A model generated the notes under the pieces. That model searched no databases. It saw nothing but the letters and a program-made list of their open reading frames with translations, and had not been told where the DNA came from. A program made the translations under genes and the position numbers. A stretch of 64,000 nt of DNA, taken from Lama guanicoe (lineage: Eukaryota). The number at the start of each line of letters is the position of its first letter. Position 1 is the first letter of the stretch. The DNA lies in assembly GCA_013239625.1 (NCBI GenBank), contig MU054187.1, positions 5,839,757 through 5,903,756 of the forward strand. The letters are read 5' to 3'. This document shows positions 61,975 to 64,000 of this stretch, one piece after another.

Positions 61975-62180
61975 TGTAGTTAGGGGGAGTTTGGCGTCAG
62001 ACAGACTTGGGTTGTTTCTTGGCTATTCTTCTTAACTAGCTGTGTGGCTTTAGGCAGGTTCCTTAATCTGTCTGAGCCTCTTTACTCATCTGTAAGGGAG
62101 ATGACAGGTCCCCGTCACACAGGGTTGTCACAGGTATTGAACAAGGCGATGTGTGCCAAATGGTTAGCACAGAGCCTGGA
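61975..62180 (+). mobile_element. MIR
   Basis: tttggcgtcagacagacttgggtt...actagctgtgtggctttaggcagg...ttagcacagagcctgg. Confidence 0.85.
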
Positions 62181-63011
62181 GGGCAGTATCTGTCCCCCAA
62201 ACAGTGGCTGCTACTGCTGTTTCATTGTCATTGTCATTATTGTTGTTGTTATGGTAACGAACTTATCTAAACTTAAACCGTAACAACTTCCCCAGCCCCC
62301 TCCCATTCCTACCCTTGCTGCAGGAAGAAAGTGGGTTTTTTTTTGTTTTTTTTAGTGCCATCAAGGAAAAGGAATTAAAACAAGGTGAGAACCCTACTTC
62401 TTTTCCTTTGCTTTCCCCAGTGGCTGAGTGGAAAGATGCCTGAGCACAAGGTTCTTCTCAAACAACAGACCGACCCTAAAGCCCAGGATAGAACCAGGAA
62501 ACCCAGCTGCCGCCCAGGCTTTCTGATTCATGGTCGGTGAAGGGCAGCCTCATGGTCACGTGCCCTGTGTGGGCGGCAAGGGAAAGCCCCTGCGCAGCCC
62601 CGTCAGGGGCACGCTGTGTGGCACAGCAGCGCCTCAGCTCCCTGGCTGCCTGGACACCACCCCTGACCTCCGTGTCCCCCAGGCTCTCCTTTCAGACTCT
62701 CTGCATTGGCAGGAAGGAGTTCGGTATTACTCTCTGCCCCAATTCTTTTAGGATTCCAAGCCTTATGACACCAGCATAGCATGGATTATTGGTACATAAA
62801 ATGACTATCGATAACCAATAATTTTTAGAGGAGCTCATGACAGGCCCAGTAGGATCTGCACTCCAATCCTGTCATCACCGTTTTCACCACCTCCTTTACA
62901 GTGAATCCCAGAGCTGTGCTGCACGAGGGTTAATGACTTGTCCAAAGTTAGGCCAATTAGTGGTTGAGCCACGAGAAGACTCACGTAATTGAACTTCTAG
63001 AACAATGTTCT

Positions 63012-63313
63012 TTCTTTTTTCTGCAGCTTTATTGAGGTAAGATTGGCAAATAAAACTGTAGTAAAATTGCAAGATACTTAAAGTGTGCATCGTGATGATC
63101 TGATATATGTATACATTGAGAATGGATTCCTCCCACCTGGTTAATTAACACATCCGTCAGCTCACATATACATTTATATTTTTTCTTTTTTTTTTTTCTT
63201 TTTTTGGGGTGGGGGTAAGAACATTTAAGGTCTACTCTCTTTGCAAATTTCAACTATACAGTATGGTGTTATCAACTATAATCACAACATTATACACCAG
63301 ATTCTCAGACCTT
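63012..63313 (-). mobile_element. L1MA9-type 3' end
   Basis: cagctttattgaggta...ttaattaacacatcc...taagaacatttaaggtctactctct. Confidence 0.85.
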
Positions 63314-63344
63314 CTTTGGGACAAGGTTCTTTCCATTGTGATTC

Positions 63345-64000
63345 CCGTTCATTCATTTATTCAACAGGCACAAACGTGTGTCTACACTACATGTCAGACT
63401 CTGTGCTAGGCACTCAGGGAATACAAGTGAACAATTAATTCCCAACTTGGTAGGGAATTATTAGCCATTTATTTAAGGCTGCACATGTAAATAAATAAGT
63501 GCAATAAAGGATTTTAGATGCCATTGTCAAAGAAAGACTGGGAAATTTTGATTTTACCTGGGAATATCAGAAAATACTCGGCAGCAAAGATGATTCCTGA
63601 GTCTTTAAGGATGAGTAAATGATCAATGAATGGATGTTTTGCATAAAAATGGCAGAGAACTCATCCTGGGCAGACAGATGAGTTTAACAGTCTCATGAAT
63701 ATGCCACGAACAGCCTCACGTGTCTACACAGCTACAAACAGCTGGGCAGAGCACAGCCTGCATGGGAAGCGGGGCATTGTGTTGAAGTGGAGCAGGACCA
63801 GCTATGGAGGGCTTTTACGTCATCCTGGGAATTTAGACTTCATCCTGTGGGCAGTAGAAGCAATTAAAGGGCTTAAGCGTGATCAGATTTGATTTTAGAA
63901 AATGGATCTGGCAAAGCAGTGGAGATTGGATTGGGAGGGTAAGGGCTGCGAGACGGGGTGGGGCTAATGACAACAGCCCAGGCTTCAGATGGTTGGGGTG
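63345..64000 (-). mobile_element. L2 3' region
   Basis: ttcattcatttattcaac...ctgtgctaggcac...aatttagacttcatcct...gtggagattggattgggaggg. Confidence 0.8.

Noticed and set aside
1..64000. Gene symbol assignment, or a prokaryote-style novel system
   Set aside because: No translated segment matches a protein I recognize. The DNA is mammalian, and the many TTG/GTG-start ORFs in the track are not meaningful here.

Overview
Mammalian genomic DNA, most likely camelid, judged from seven copies of a tRNA-Ala-derived SINE resembling vic-1 and cetartiodactyl-type L1 3' ends. The window is mostly intronic or intergenic and rich in repeats (L1, L2, MIR, CR1/L3, MaLR/ERVL LTRs, hAT and Tc-mariner relics). 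Repeat family names come from my recollection of consensus sequences, not from a search. Gene-like signals are few: (i) a phase-consistent three-exon plus-strand chain (1-39, 2024-2197, 6254-6638) encoding the C-terminus of a protein I cannot identify, with its stop codon inside a MER82-like DNA transposon; (ii) a CpG-island, probably bidirectional, promoter at about 59.9-60.8 kb with a SINE inserted in it; (iii) a hand-assembled minus-strand spliced transcript from that island; (iv) a possible decayed exon at 47.6-48.7 kb. The most striking pattern is localized A/T-to-G/C rewriting of old repeats (about 6-7 kb, 29 kb, 45.5 kb, 60.2 kb), consistent with GC-biased gene conversion. There is also a divergent CTCF motif cluster at 33-43 kb. 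Nearly all ORFs in the supplied track are judged spurious. I found no prokaryotic system, CRISPR array or real tRNA gene, and no clearly new biological system.
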